From Geosiphon pyriformis uo1 (taxonomy: Eukaryota; Fungi; Glomeromycota), in contig JAAOMT010000261.1 in assembly GCA_016748015.1 (NCBI GenBank), positions 260,733 to 324,732 of the forward strand: a stretch of 64,000 bases of DNA. Reading direction: 5' to 3'. The position numbers and the translations under genes are program-made. The notes beneath the pieces are model-generated. The model made no database searches. It saw only the letters and a list, made by a program, of their open reading frames with translations, and was not told the origin of the DNA. Positions within the stretch are counted from its first letter, which is position 1, and the number at the start of each line of letters is the position of its first letter. Shown here piece by piece: positions 25,566 to 36,531 of the stretch.

Positions 25566-25850
25566 CTAATTATATTTTCGTTTTTTCCTTGATCCGTCAG
25601 ATGTTTCTTGTAATTCTCGCTTCTTAGAATTTAATTCCTGACTTCGTCCAGAAATATCTTCTTCGTAAGATGGATTTATGCTTCTATTAGAACTGTCTAA
25701 TTGTTGGTAGATTTCGTAGGTAATTCTCTCTTTATCCAAATATTCTTGAATAGCTTTGATGTCAAGTAGTTTGAAAATGTATGGGGCAATTTTTTCACCC
25801 CGCTCTTTTTTCAAAATGCTTCTAATAGCACTGTAGTTTTTCGGTTCCAT
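25566..25850 (-). CDS. Small intronless hypothetical ORF inside the transposon, basic C-terminus
   Basis: 94-aa ORF MEPKNYSAIRSIL...SRKKRKYN*, upstream of and co-oriented with the transposase. Confidence 0.45.
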   Translation of the reverse strand: MEPKNYSAIRSILKKERGEKIAPYIFKLLDIKAIQEYLDKERITYEIYQQLDSSNRSINPSYEEDISGRSQELNSKKRELQETSDGSRKKRKYN

Positions 25851-26024
25851 AGTGGATCTAATGTAAATTAGTTTCATATAGTAGATAGTCGTATATATCT
25901 AGTTTTTATTACTTCCAACAAAGCTAAATAGGGTTGCAAATATCTTCTGCATTTGTTCAATGATGCTGTTTCCGCCTCGTCAACCCACCCCCCAAGAATA
26001 CATGCGTAATTTTTCCCTTGTCAC

Positions 26025-28898
26025 TTAGAGAAAAGGATTCTTCTCTTCGTCTGCAAATAAGCTCGGCTTCGATGTGGTTTCCGTTGACAACTTGGGAAAG
26101 TGTGCAGAAGGCAATTAAGAACACTTTCGGCACATTGAAAGTTGTGTGAGACACAGAACAAAACTCACCTTCCTTGAAATCCGTTTTTTGCTTGGTGTGG
26201 CAAACTCTGGTGGGCCATTGTCCACCTGTATTCTTGCTGATTCGAATTGTTCCCGCTCAGCCCTCGCTTTTATCGCCTTGAACCACGAAATAGTGTTACG
26301 CATGATGTTCTGTTCAAGGAAAGAATATGGGTGAGTGATATTCCGAACGGATGAAAAAAAGAAAGATACGAAATGTTACCAACTTTAGTTCGCAACATTG
26401 CACGCGCAACGTCGATAAAGCCCTCAAGTTGGTCGTAAGTAGTTGGTATGTTGAATTCAGCCATTTGCCGTGACGCGTAGAAGCCAGCACCAACGTAAAC
26501 GACCAGAATTACGCGGATGAAAAAAAAGGAAGAAACAAATCCAGGCATTATTAGCTTGGTGAATGCTTTAAGCACTGGTTTTGTAACCGCTCCACCGCCC
26601 GCTGTGGAAATGTCCTTTAGAAGTGCTTTGTGCATGTCTCGTAACGTTTTTTGAAGTTTCAAAGTGTCGGAATCAATCTTCGCTTTGTTATCGGGTTTGG
26701 ACCCGGCACGTTCGCACATAGAAAATTCCTGTCCCCATGATTTGTTGGAAAGATCGTGCCGCTGTCAAAAAGTAGCTGTTAGTAATCCGAACATTACCAA
26801 TAATAATAATGGTATATTAAGCGAGCATACCGTAAACATCCAGTCTACATGAAATCCTTCTGCGTTGTCGGGGGAATCCAAAGCACTCGCTTTGCGATTA
26901 CGTGACGCTCGGGATACCATTTCCCCACTAATCCGGTCAATGATATGAACAAGAAGCTAATTACGAAGATCAAGCAAACCCGCAGGAAGAAGATAGTGCT
27001 TACAAGTGTTGATCAGCGACACCCTTTAGACAAGAGAAGATATGAGATTTGACAAACATATCTATATCCCGTTCAGAATTATGGCGTGATGCAACTGATT
27101 CCGAGATCCATTCGCACCTATTGGGTGTATAAAACTTTAAATCAAAATTACGCGTATCCATGAGTGTACAATGTACTGTAAAATGACAAACATACGTATA
27201 ACGGAGAAGTTCAAAAATATATCCGACATCGTCATGTGTACAGTCCTCCTCTTTCATATCAGCTGGAGATGGTGAAGTTGACACCTCATCTTCGAACAAA
27301 ATCTGGTCCTTTTTTTTGGTCCCCACAAGTTTTTGGGCTTCACATAGAGCTCCCCGGATCCCTTCAATCTTCACGAGATTACCAATTGATTTCAGTTGAT
27401 TCGAATCGAGCTAAATTCAAAATGTATTATTAGCGAAGAGTAAGAAAAAATACGGTAGGTTTTAAACATCATCGTTTTACCTTGCCAAGCATTTGCAGAT
27501 AGCTCTCTGGCAAAGTTTCCACCACCATCAAATCCTCCTTCGGGTTCCCATTGTTGAGTGCGGAAGCAAACACGGCATTCAATTCTTCAAATTCCGAAGA
27601 AGAGAATTCGGAAACAATGGCTGAATCTGATACGTCAATAATCCTCCAACACAACGCCCTATTGTAAGAATAGAAAATTACATAAGGGTTCACCAGACAA
27701 GGCACAAAAAGCAAAACAATCGGTATTTACTTTGTCGCTGCTTCTGACTGAGGGGTATTGGATCTGAGTTTGGCAGCTTTGGTCAACCAAGATGGCATCG
27801 GCAAATCAAACTCCCATTTGAGCGAGATGGTATCGTCTACTTGAACAGACTGATTTGTGCGGACATCGGTAAATTCCAAGTGACATTGGTTTGGATTAAA
27901 ATCAACTCTTGAGCCCTTACAGTTTTGGAAGTCTCTAATTCCACTTCGTGAACATGAAAAATATCATTACAAGCCATGCCTTTACCGTCCTCAGATGAAT
28001 GCAAGCCACAGCATTCTTGGCTGTCTTCAATCGTATCCAGGGAACGTTTTGTACCAGATTTCTATAAGTGGATATGATGAGAATTGTGCACAAGATTGAC
28101 CTACACATTAACATCGCCATTAGAATTATTCAGACCAGTTTATTGTTGGCATCTTCCAACACTGTCGTGACCGCTGTAGTGGTCCCCCGAGCTATCGTGC
28201 GAGCTATGTTCATCTGCGACACAAGGAATTATTAGCTACGCAGAAGTAATAATACCAGAGCACTGAATTACTACAGAGACAAGAAAAGCTGTAGACGCGA
28301 TAAACCTTGTCAGATTCCAGTCCGGAACCCATGAGAGTTGATTCAATATCATCCCAAAAGAGCCGGACCTTTAGATATTGACGACGATGGTCCTCCATAG
28401 TTGTTGGTAATAAAGAGAGGTACGTAAGTATGTACACCAGAGAAGTAGTATAGGGGAATAAATTGGCATTGGGCTGGAGGCTGACAACAACGAGCACCAA
28501 CGGACAGCCAGACCATAAGGTGGGCAACCGCCAGATGCCCACCGTAGTTGTGTGCACAAATCGGTTTTGAACCAGACTTGCGATATACGACGTGCAAGAG
28601 GGTCAGAGCGCAATATAACCCTCCTAGCCGGATAACCCGTATGGAGCCCCCAACCAAGTGCAACGTAGACGATAACTCAAAATCTTACCTTGAACTTCTG
28701 TCGGAGCTCAGTAGCAGCCGCCTTTATTTCTTCCGAGTCGTCATTTTGAAGTTCCTCCAGATTTTTTAAAAGTTTGCTAGCTTCCCTTTGAAACGAGGAA
28801 CTGAAGTCGTCTTGTTGTCGGCGGTATGTGTAATACCCGATAAAACTATAATCTTTTGCGGGGATAATACGGAAATACGAGATAGAACTTTTCGACAT
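26025..28898 (-). CDS. Cargo: intron-containing fungal gene with a putative PD-(D/E)XK restriction-endonuclease-like C-terminal domain (exon structure approximate)
   Basis: GT-AG introns; MSKSSISYFRII start; C-terminal GEMVSRAS...GFHVDW...QEFSMCERAG...KIDSDTLKLQKTLRDM pattern, a repeat-associated Mucoromycota family as recalled. All Trp codons read are TGG. Confidence 0.65.
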
Positions 28899-29229
28899 TG
28901 TATATAGTTGTGAATTTTCACGGTTCATAGGCAACGTCACTTAAAAACAAATCGCCAAGCCACAGGAGTAATTCCTGTTGGGCAAAGTTTCTAGTATTAT
29001 ATTGAACTCCTTCAACCAAACCAATATCCCAATGATATCAATGCTATTGATCAAGGTTGATGAAATGCTAAAAACTGAAACTGGAACAAACTAGGCAACA
29101 GTTTGGAGAAAGAGAGAGAAAGCAATTAAGTCGAATATCACCAAATTGATTCCTACTGTGTTAGTAACCATGATAATAACAGCATGACAGTATTTTTTTT
29201 AAATAAAAAAATAATAGATGATATCATAA

Positions 29230-29263
29230 GTTCACTTTGTCTGGTTTTGTTGCAGCACGCCCC
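29230..29263 (-). repeat. Right terminal inverted repeat
   Basis: GTTCACTTTGTCTGGTTTTGTTGCAGCACGCCCC followed by ATAT. Confidence 0.95.
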
Positions 29264-29297
29264 ATATTACAACCGAATTTTGAGGGGGGTTGCTTTA

Positions 29298-29376
29298 CAG
29301 TAAAGTCCTGAACCCCTCAAAATTTGGTACAAAAATTGATGACTTGATGGGGTTACTTATTTTCGGGACTTTACGG
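29298..29376. mobile_element. Short Tc1/mariner-pogo-like MITE remnant
   Basis: TA-CAGTAAAGTCCTGAA...TTCGGGACTTTACGG-TA: 15-bp imperfect TIRs with TA on both flanks. Confidence 0.65.
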
Positions 29377-29470
29377 TACGAGTGATGTGAGAATAAATGA
29401 CGTCATATACAAAAGAAAAAATCTAGATTAAAATTTAAAATGATCAAAGAAATCTTGAGAAAGAGGAGAG

Positions 29471-30664
29471 ATGAGCAATAAGACAGTATCACTTTATTTT
29501 GATTCTATTCCGCAAGAATTTTTTGAGCCAAAATCATGGACTTACAAGGGAGAAGGCAATGCAAACATCATTTTGGCTTATATTGGATCAAATAAGAATT
29601 TTGTAAAAAAAAAAAATTAAACTCCCAATTTAAATAAATATTTGAAATTATGAAAAAAAAAATGAATAAAAAGTAATGAATTTTACAATTTTATCCTAAA
29701 ATATCATCTTACAATTTAAATAAACAAGTCGTCCACAGTCCTTCGATTAAGAAAATCATCAAATTTGTTAAATGATGACAAGGAAATCACGACTTTTCAT
29801 TCCACATCAAAAATTATAAACCCGGATCCACAAACTTTTACAGTATCCTACATTCAAAATATAATGGCACCGTTGATCGGCCGAGAATATATTGGTAGCT
29901 TGGTAGGAAATTTATAATAAAACTTTTTTTTGGTTTTTTTGTTTTTTTTGTTTTTTGTTTTTTGTTTTTTGTTAATCTGTTGAAATTAAAAAAAAAATGG
30001 AAATTAGATGTTAGTAAAAACTATTCCTAATTTCTTAAGAGAGATCTCCCAATCAATCAGGCCATTTCGACCAATAGGACGAATCATCAAAGATATTGAT
30101 ATCACACAACCTTACATGATCATAAGTATGGATCATACAAAGATGACATTATTATATGTACCTGATTCATCATCTATAAACCAGCCAACCACCACGATAT
30201 CAATCGAGATCAAGGTATTTGATTTATTTTATCAAAAAAAAAAAAAAAATTCTCATATATCAAGACAGTATCATTTAAATCTATAAATTATTTTCATTTT
30301 CATTTTTATTTTCATTTTCATTTTTTAAGCCAAAATGGGCATTCCTACCAAGTTCATCTTATATCTCTGAATCAAATTCGATCAAACGAGAAACTTGTCG
30401 TTTTTGCATGCACAAACATTTGAAAAATTCAAAGAAACAAAAAAAATTAAAAAAATTAACAGATTATTGTCCATTAGATTTATTTTCATTGGAGAAAACT
30501 AGATTGATAAAATCATTGAATGAATTGATTATTACACCAGGAAATAATTTTAAGGTGTTCAAGGATGGGAGAGAACTTAATTTAGAAGAGGTATTTTTTC
30601 TTTTGCTTTTGCTTTTTATGATCGAATTTAATAGAGAATTTTCAAAAATTAATTAAAAAACTTC

Positions 30665-30735
<71 letters not shown>

Positions 30736-30751
30736 TTTATTTTTATTTTTA

Positions 30752-30784
<33 letters not shown>

Positions 30785-31793
30785 GAATAATTGGTTGATG
30801 GAATTACATGAATTCTTCTCTTCGAACCCTGAAAATCTTGAATTTTCAGATATAACCAATACTCAATCAAGGTATCCAATTTTTTAAAATCATTATAACC
30901 ATTTCAAAAAAGCTAAACTATCACCAGCTCAGATATTCATAATTTTGAATAGGACACGAGAAGGATTAATTAGATTACTCACTCAAACAATAATTCAAGA
31001 ACAAATCTTATTCTCGAGATTGAAAAATTTGCAAAAGACCTTGGACGAATTGGATATTGAAGGAATTATAAAACTTTTATCTTTTTCAAATTTAGGAACT
31101 ATATCAGAATTTCTTCAAAAAGAACCAGAATTAGATGATTGGAAAAATACCGTTGAAAATTATTTGAAAAGATTCAATTCTCATTTGGATGATGATATAT
31201 CACATAATTCAGGGATCATTGGTAATCTTTTTTTTTATTTTTTTATTTTATTTTATTTTATTTTATTTTATTTTATTTTATTTTTTGATCATTTTAAAAA
31301 TACATTGTAATCATCAAGTTCATTTTCTCTATTCTTTTTAATTTTCGATATGTCCGACATAGCCTTATCTACCCTTCCTTCGTTACAACAAAATAATGCG
31401 ATCAGTGAAATCGATATTCCGCAACGTATCTACGAATTTCTTCTTTCTACAACTATAAAAGATTGTTCAATTATGTTTACTTTTCAGAAATCTCTTGGAA
31501 AAGATTCAAAATTTTTCCCCAAACTCAAAGATGACCACAAATTATTCAAAGAAAATATCAAACACGTTACAATCACCCCTTCTTCCTTAACCACTGACAG
31601 TTCAAAAACGTTTGAAGAAATGACAATCCCAGATTCCTTCCACCAAGATTTTCATTACAAAATCAATGTACTAGATTTGGATCCGAAATCCATTGCTAAA
31701 ATTACTTATTATCATGAACTAGACACCCAAATTGTGCAAACCTATTTAAATTATATCGGACAAGGCATTAATGGAAAAAAATGTTATGAATGA
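29471..31793 (+). CDS. IPK1: Inositol-pentakisphosphate 2-kinase (multi-exon)
   Basis: WTYKGEGNANIILAY, VLRLRK, IEIKPKW, CRFCMHK, YCPLDLFS, NNFKVF, LLSTTIKDCSIM and LDLDPKS. Confidence 0.93.
30668..30784 (+). repeat. (TTA)n microsatellite in an IPK1 intron
   Basis: Long interrupted tta array; it produces the spurious poly-Asn ORF 30649-30879. Confidence 0.95.
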
Positions 31794-32411
31794 AAAAAAG
31801 TTGGGAATCAATATAAATTTTATTTTGTTTAAAAAATGGCAATACGCCCAAAAACAGGAATTCATGTACCACTTTAAAACGAAACCCATAAAGTCATAAT
31901 ATTACTTAAGAACGCGTCTTTAATCAAAAAAAATAATAATAATAAAACAAAAAAAAATCTAACTATTAGATTAAATTAAGTTTGCAGAAATTTTAATATA
32001 TAAATTTTTATTTAGATCATTATCAAAATCTTTAATGTAATTTATTAATTGAAATTGTATATATTTCCGAGGTAAATTTGTAATTCATTGTGTAGTCCTT
32101 CGACGAATACCGAAAAAGAAAACTTTTTTGGAGAGTCTTCCTTCATGATGCAATGATTGTGACGATTGGGAGGAAGTTGATTATAAATGCTAGAATGATC
32201 TAATTTTATTGTGTAAAAATCGAGTAACTTGGTTTCCATTTCCATTTATTATGCTCAAGCAATAAAGAGGTCGAAATTTTGGGGAAGGTTCACCTTTTCT
32301 TTGATTGGAATTTCGAAAAGTCAATGAATTTCTACTTCTTGGAAGAGTGATGGATCCCACTGTTGACAAAATGTTCGAGTTTGTGGGGAAAGTGAGGTCT
32401 CAGCAGTGATT

Positions 32412-33447
32412 CTATTCACTTTGAGCTGGAAATCTTGAGGAATTTGGGAGAAACTAGAAAACTCGAATAAATAAATGACTCACTCAATTAAATTTCATAT
32501 TAATATTAAAAAAAGGAATTCTTATAAGGGGCGGAATGAAAGAGCTACAGGATAGTAAGAAGGATCGGGAACAGGGGGATATTGAACCGTAGCGGGACTT
32601 TGATAATAAGCCAGTACATTTTGATCATAAATTTGTTCGGGTTGCTTAGGTTTCATAAAAAAAAATCAAATTTTTAGTTTTTTCATTATGTTAAAAAAAC
32701 GTTAAATTATAAATGATGGAAAAGACCAATTAATTCAAAAGAAACTTACTCCGACTGCTTCCTCTTTTGGTCTTCTTACCACTTTGGAAACTTCTTCTCG
32801 AGGAACAATATCTATAAGGAAATCAAATTGATCCGATCTGCTGACAGCTGAAGCTACATCACTCCGTTGAAGTGTACGACGTTTATTTTCTTCTGCATGA
32901 ATCCAAGCTCGCATTGTGATCTCTGAAATGAAAATTTCACACGCTTTAGAAAAAAGAATAGGCGCCTCGGCACTAATCATCTAGAGAGTTGGGTACGGAG
33001 TTTGTTAATGACAAATTTTGATGGGTGAGACTCAATTTTCAAAATTATAGTGAGAAACTTTGAAATTGAAATTTTTTACCAATTTTAATTTACCTTTACG
33101 TCTTGATCACTCTTCATAACTTTTTTTATTCTAGCTAGTGGAAGCGGGTGGTTCTTGAAATCACTTTCAAATTGTTGTGCCGTCGATATCTGTTGATTCC
33201 AAAACTATTTTATAAAATAATAGATTAAGTTTCTTCGAGTAAAATGAAAAAGGCAAAGCTTTCAGTATTTTATTTGAGCTAAACGAACCTGACTCATAAA
33301 TTGTTGGTTCTGAACTTGTTGCTGTTGAAGTTGTTGTGTGTGCTGAGCTGGTAATTGTGGTGATGTAGAGCCAGTGGCACTATTTGCGTTCCCAGAAACG
33401 GTTGTAGCACCTTGTTCAAGGACAGAATGTGTAGTTGGGTCTGCCAT
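32412..33447 (-). CDS. HAP5: CCAAT-binding factor subunit Hap5/NF-YC (3' end approximate)
   Basis: [63 protein letters not shown]...[10 protein letters not shown] histone-fold signature. Confidence 0.95.
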
Positions 33448-33648
33448 CGCTTTATATATATATATATAATCTAGAAAAAGGAAAATAGCTTTGAGAGGAG
33501 GTGTGGTGGTGGTTTTTTAACAAAAAAGTTGGTATGAAAGTTTTCAGGCTTAACCTCTGCAACCTTTCTTTATAATTGGTTTAAAAAGTAACACAAAATC
33601 AGCTTACCAAACGATATGCAATACTGAACTATAATTTATTTCAGCCAC

Positions 33649-33657
33649 CCAATCAGC
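33649..33657 (+). promoter_or_regulatory. CCAAT box in the divergent HAP5 / C1orf109-like promoter
   Basis: CCAATCAGC matches the NF-Y core and downstream flank; a second ATTGG lies at 33575-33579. Confidence 0.4.
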
Positions 33658-33745
33658 TTTGTGTAATTGAAATGTATGGTTTTTTAGTAAAATTTAGCAA
33701 TAATGATGTCTCATAATTGAAAAAAAATTCCGACCCTCTTAAATC

Positions 33746-34634
33746 ATGGTACAGCCATCAACTGTAAAGCGTCGCCTCGCGCCGATATTAAATGATTTCA
33801 AAACTGCACATCAAATTTGGAAGGAATTGAATAATGATAGCTTAACTATTGCAAATTCTTTGGTTAACACGAGACTCCAAGAGCGGTAAAAAAAAAAATA
33901 CCTTAAGAAATTATTAAATTACTCCAATTAAGATTGTCTACTTAATTTCTTGATAACTGTATAGTTATGTTGACCATCCTGAACTTTGGCCTCTGGAATT
34001 ATCACAATTTTCGAATTTGAAAAAATGTTTTGAAAAAAAATTAAATACTCAAGTCGCAGAATTATCACAATTACTCGTGAAAATCTTTCAGAAAATGGTA
34101 AAAAAAATTTTACTTTTCTCTGTAAAATTAGTCACACTAAAATTCTTTGTGAAATTAAATTTTTTATGAATGCTAATAATTTTTAGGAAATGCAATCTTT
34201 AAAAATAAATCAACAAAAGAAACAACTAGAAATTCTTCACCAAGAAACCATAAGAACTTTAGGTATCAATTTTTTCAATTATACCCCACTTTTTCTAACC
34301 TGTCCATTGAAAATTTTTGGTAAGAAGATTTTGAATTTTTGAATTTTTTTTTCTAAAAACTTTTTTCTTCTATTTATAAATATTCTCACATTACAAAATT
34401 ACAGTTAACCAAATTGAAGAAATTCAAACTATGTTTAATGAAGAAATGATTTTGAAAAAAAAAATTGTTGATTCATTGGTTCAAATAAATACCAAAGAAG
34501 AAGGAATGGTACTTTTATCTTCTTGGTTAAATTTACCATTTTTAAATGTTGAAAGAATAAAAAAAATTGAAGAGATTTGGGAAGTTGAAATGAAAGGAAA
34601 TCTTTTTGAAGAAAATAAAAATTTGGTTATTTAA
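33746..34634 (+). CDS. C1orf109/AIRIM- or CINP-like small helical protein (4 exons)
   Basis: Spliced ORF MVQPSTVKRRLAPILNDFKTAHQIWKELNND...MFNEEMILKKKIV...VLLSSWLNLPFL; the C-terminal W...P(Y/F)L motif is typical of these families. Confidence 0.55.
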
Positions 34635-35361
34635 TAATAATGTAATTATTTGTTAATATATAGTTTTTAATAAAATATAATTTAAATTATTTAATATATT
34701 TATTTTAATTAAAAATAATAATTAATTATAAATTAATTAATATTAAATAAAATATTATGCAAATATTGTAATTATTATTATTTTTTTTATGTTTTAACAA
34801 ATTATAATTTAACTATTATCTTAAATTATATAATAAATAATCATTATACAAAAAACATAATTTATATTCTTATTATATATAAACCAAATCTTTGTAATTT
34901 GTAATAATATTAAAAAATTTGTATAACAAATATGTTAAAAAGTAAACACAACTTCAAATTACTGCTAATTATTTTAATTTATATGTTGTATAGTTTTGTT
35001 TTGTTGTATTAAAACTTTTATTATTATTTTTTAATAAATTTGGTTTATTTTATTCTTTTTAATTATATGTTTTTAAAAAAAAAAATAACTTCTTTCTCTC
35101 CTTTATCTCAAATTCCTAAAAAGAGTCTTAAGTTTTTTGAAAGAAGTTTTTACAATTCAGTATGATAAATCTAAACTCTCAAAATTTGCTGGGATCATCA
35201 GAGTGACATTCACTTCTGAATTAAGTTTGGCGCAGGCTTTAAAAAAGGCTAAAAAAACAAAGATCTTGATAAACACTGATCTTAAAAGATCATCTGGACA
35301 TTCAAATTGGACTGTGATGTTGAAGGAAATTCCAATTGGGACATTAACAGAGACTGTACGC

Positions 35362-36469
35362 TGTTATCCGAGTAGAAAAACCAATCCAAAGTTATAAAGA
35401 AACGTGACCAAAACATGACATAACACAGAATAATGCGCAATAATGTTGGATAATGCATTATAATGTTGGATAACGTGTTATAACGCAGGATAACACAGAA
35501 TAGCGCGCAATAATGTAGGATAATGTGTTATAATACAGGATAACACAGAATAACATGTAATAATGTCAGATAATGTGTTATAACATAGGATAACTAGCAA
35601 TAACATAGAAAAACGAAGCAATAACAGAAACAACAAAGCAATAGCTAGTGATAGCGAGACAATTAAAAGCAATCCTGTAAAACCAAAAGAATGTATAAAA
35701 GCAAGTAGTTGTAAAAGTGAGAAAAGACAAAGAAGAAAAAATAGATACAAATCTCTAGACCAGAAATTAAAATATCCATACTCCTTTATCTTTTATTATC
35801 TTCCCTATTTCATCTCTTAAAATAAATCAATTATTAAAAAAAATCAGAATCACAAATTCATGTTCTCGAACTTCATGAAATTTACATGAATTAACCCTTG
35901 TCTCGTACCTCCATTTTAGAACAGATGCTCTTAGCATAACCACCTCAAATTTATTAACAATTTGGACCAATTGCTCTTGATCATGGCGATTGACGATACT
36001 AATTTATCTTTTCTCTTTTTTCTTTTCTTTTCTTTTCTTTTCTTTTCTTTTTCTTTTTCTTTTTTTTTCTGTCTTATTTTTTGTGGAGCAGCAACATAGT
36101 AAAATTGACTATCTGGGAATAGACTTCATGATAACCTGGTAAAAGAGGGAAGCTCCCCCTAAGTTTTGGATATTAACATTATCTTGTTAGCTTATCAGAA
36201 GGGCAAAAAGACAATACCAGACTCTAACAACTGCACTCATTAGCTTGGAGAAAAAAGCTCACATTTACAAAAAAATGTTGCAATCGATAAAAGACAAACT
36301 CTGTGCCTTATAACCAAAGAACTCAACAGGTAAAATTCACATCCAAGAATAGATCTTCAGAAACTGATAATCAAGACTAAGCCAACAGAATTACACGGAA
36401 GATGCATCATCAATAATTGAGAGCACCAAACGTTACTATTTCCCATACCTACCAAGTTTACCCATAACA
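35362..36469 (+). repeat. 5' LTR
   Basis: Direct repeat of 44502-45516; TG...CA ends; PBS follows. Confidence 0.93.
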
Positions 36470-36471
36470 TT

Positions 36472-36488
36472 TGGTGCTCTCTGTGAGG
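36472..36488 (+). promoter_or_regulatory. Primer-binding site TGGTGCTCTCTGTGAGG
   Basis: Starts 2 nt after the LTR. Its complement CCUCACAGAGAGCACCA resembles the 3' ends of elongator tRNA-Met or tRNA-Ile(UAU); isotype not resolved. Confidence 0.8.
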
Positions 36489-36531
36489 TTATAAATCCAC
36501 AGAGACAGAGCACCCCCAAAAATATATAAAA

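Larger units (their letters stand above)
22070..29263 (-). mobile_element. Sola2-type DNA transposon with cargo (7194 bp)
   Basis: Perfect 34-bp TIRs (GGGGCGTGCTGCAACAAAACCAGACAAAGTGAAC at 22070-22103; reverse complement at 29230-29263); ATAT on both flanks (22066-22069, 29264-29267) as a 4-bp TSD; GRG terminus; DDD transposase inside. Confidence 0.9.

Noticed and set aside
30649-30879. Poly-Asn ORF on the minus strand
   Set aside because: It is a translation of an intronic (TTA)n microsatellite antisense to IPK1.
35419-35620. Regularly spaced repeats resembling a CRISPR array
   Set aside because: These are contiguous 10-bp units with no unique spacers, duplicated in both LTRs, with no cas genes and a eukaryotic context.
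35478-35750. Hydrophobic minus-strand ORF repeated at 44542-44820 (possible membrane or env peptide)
   Set aside because: It derives from the A-rich tandem array in the LTRs; the hydrophobicity reflects T-richness, and I see no independent coding evidence.
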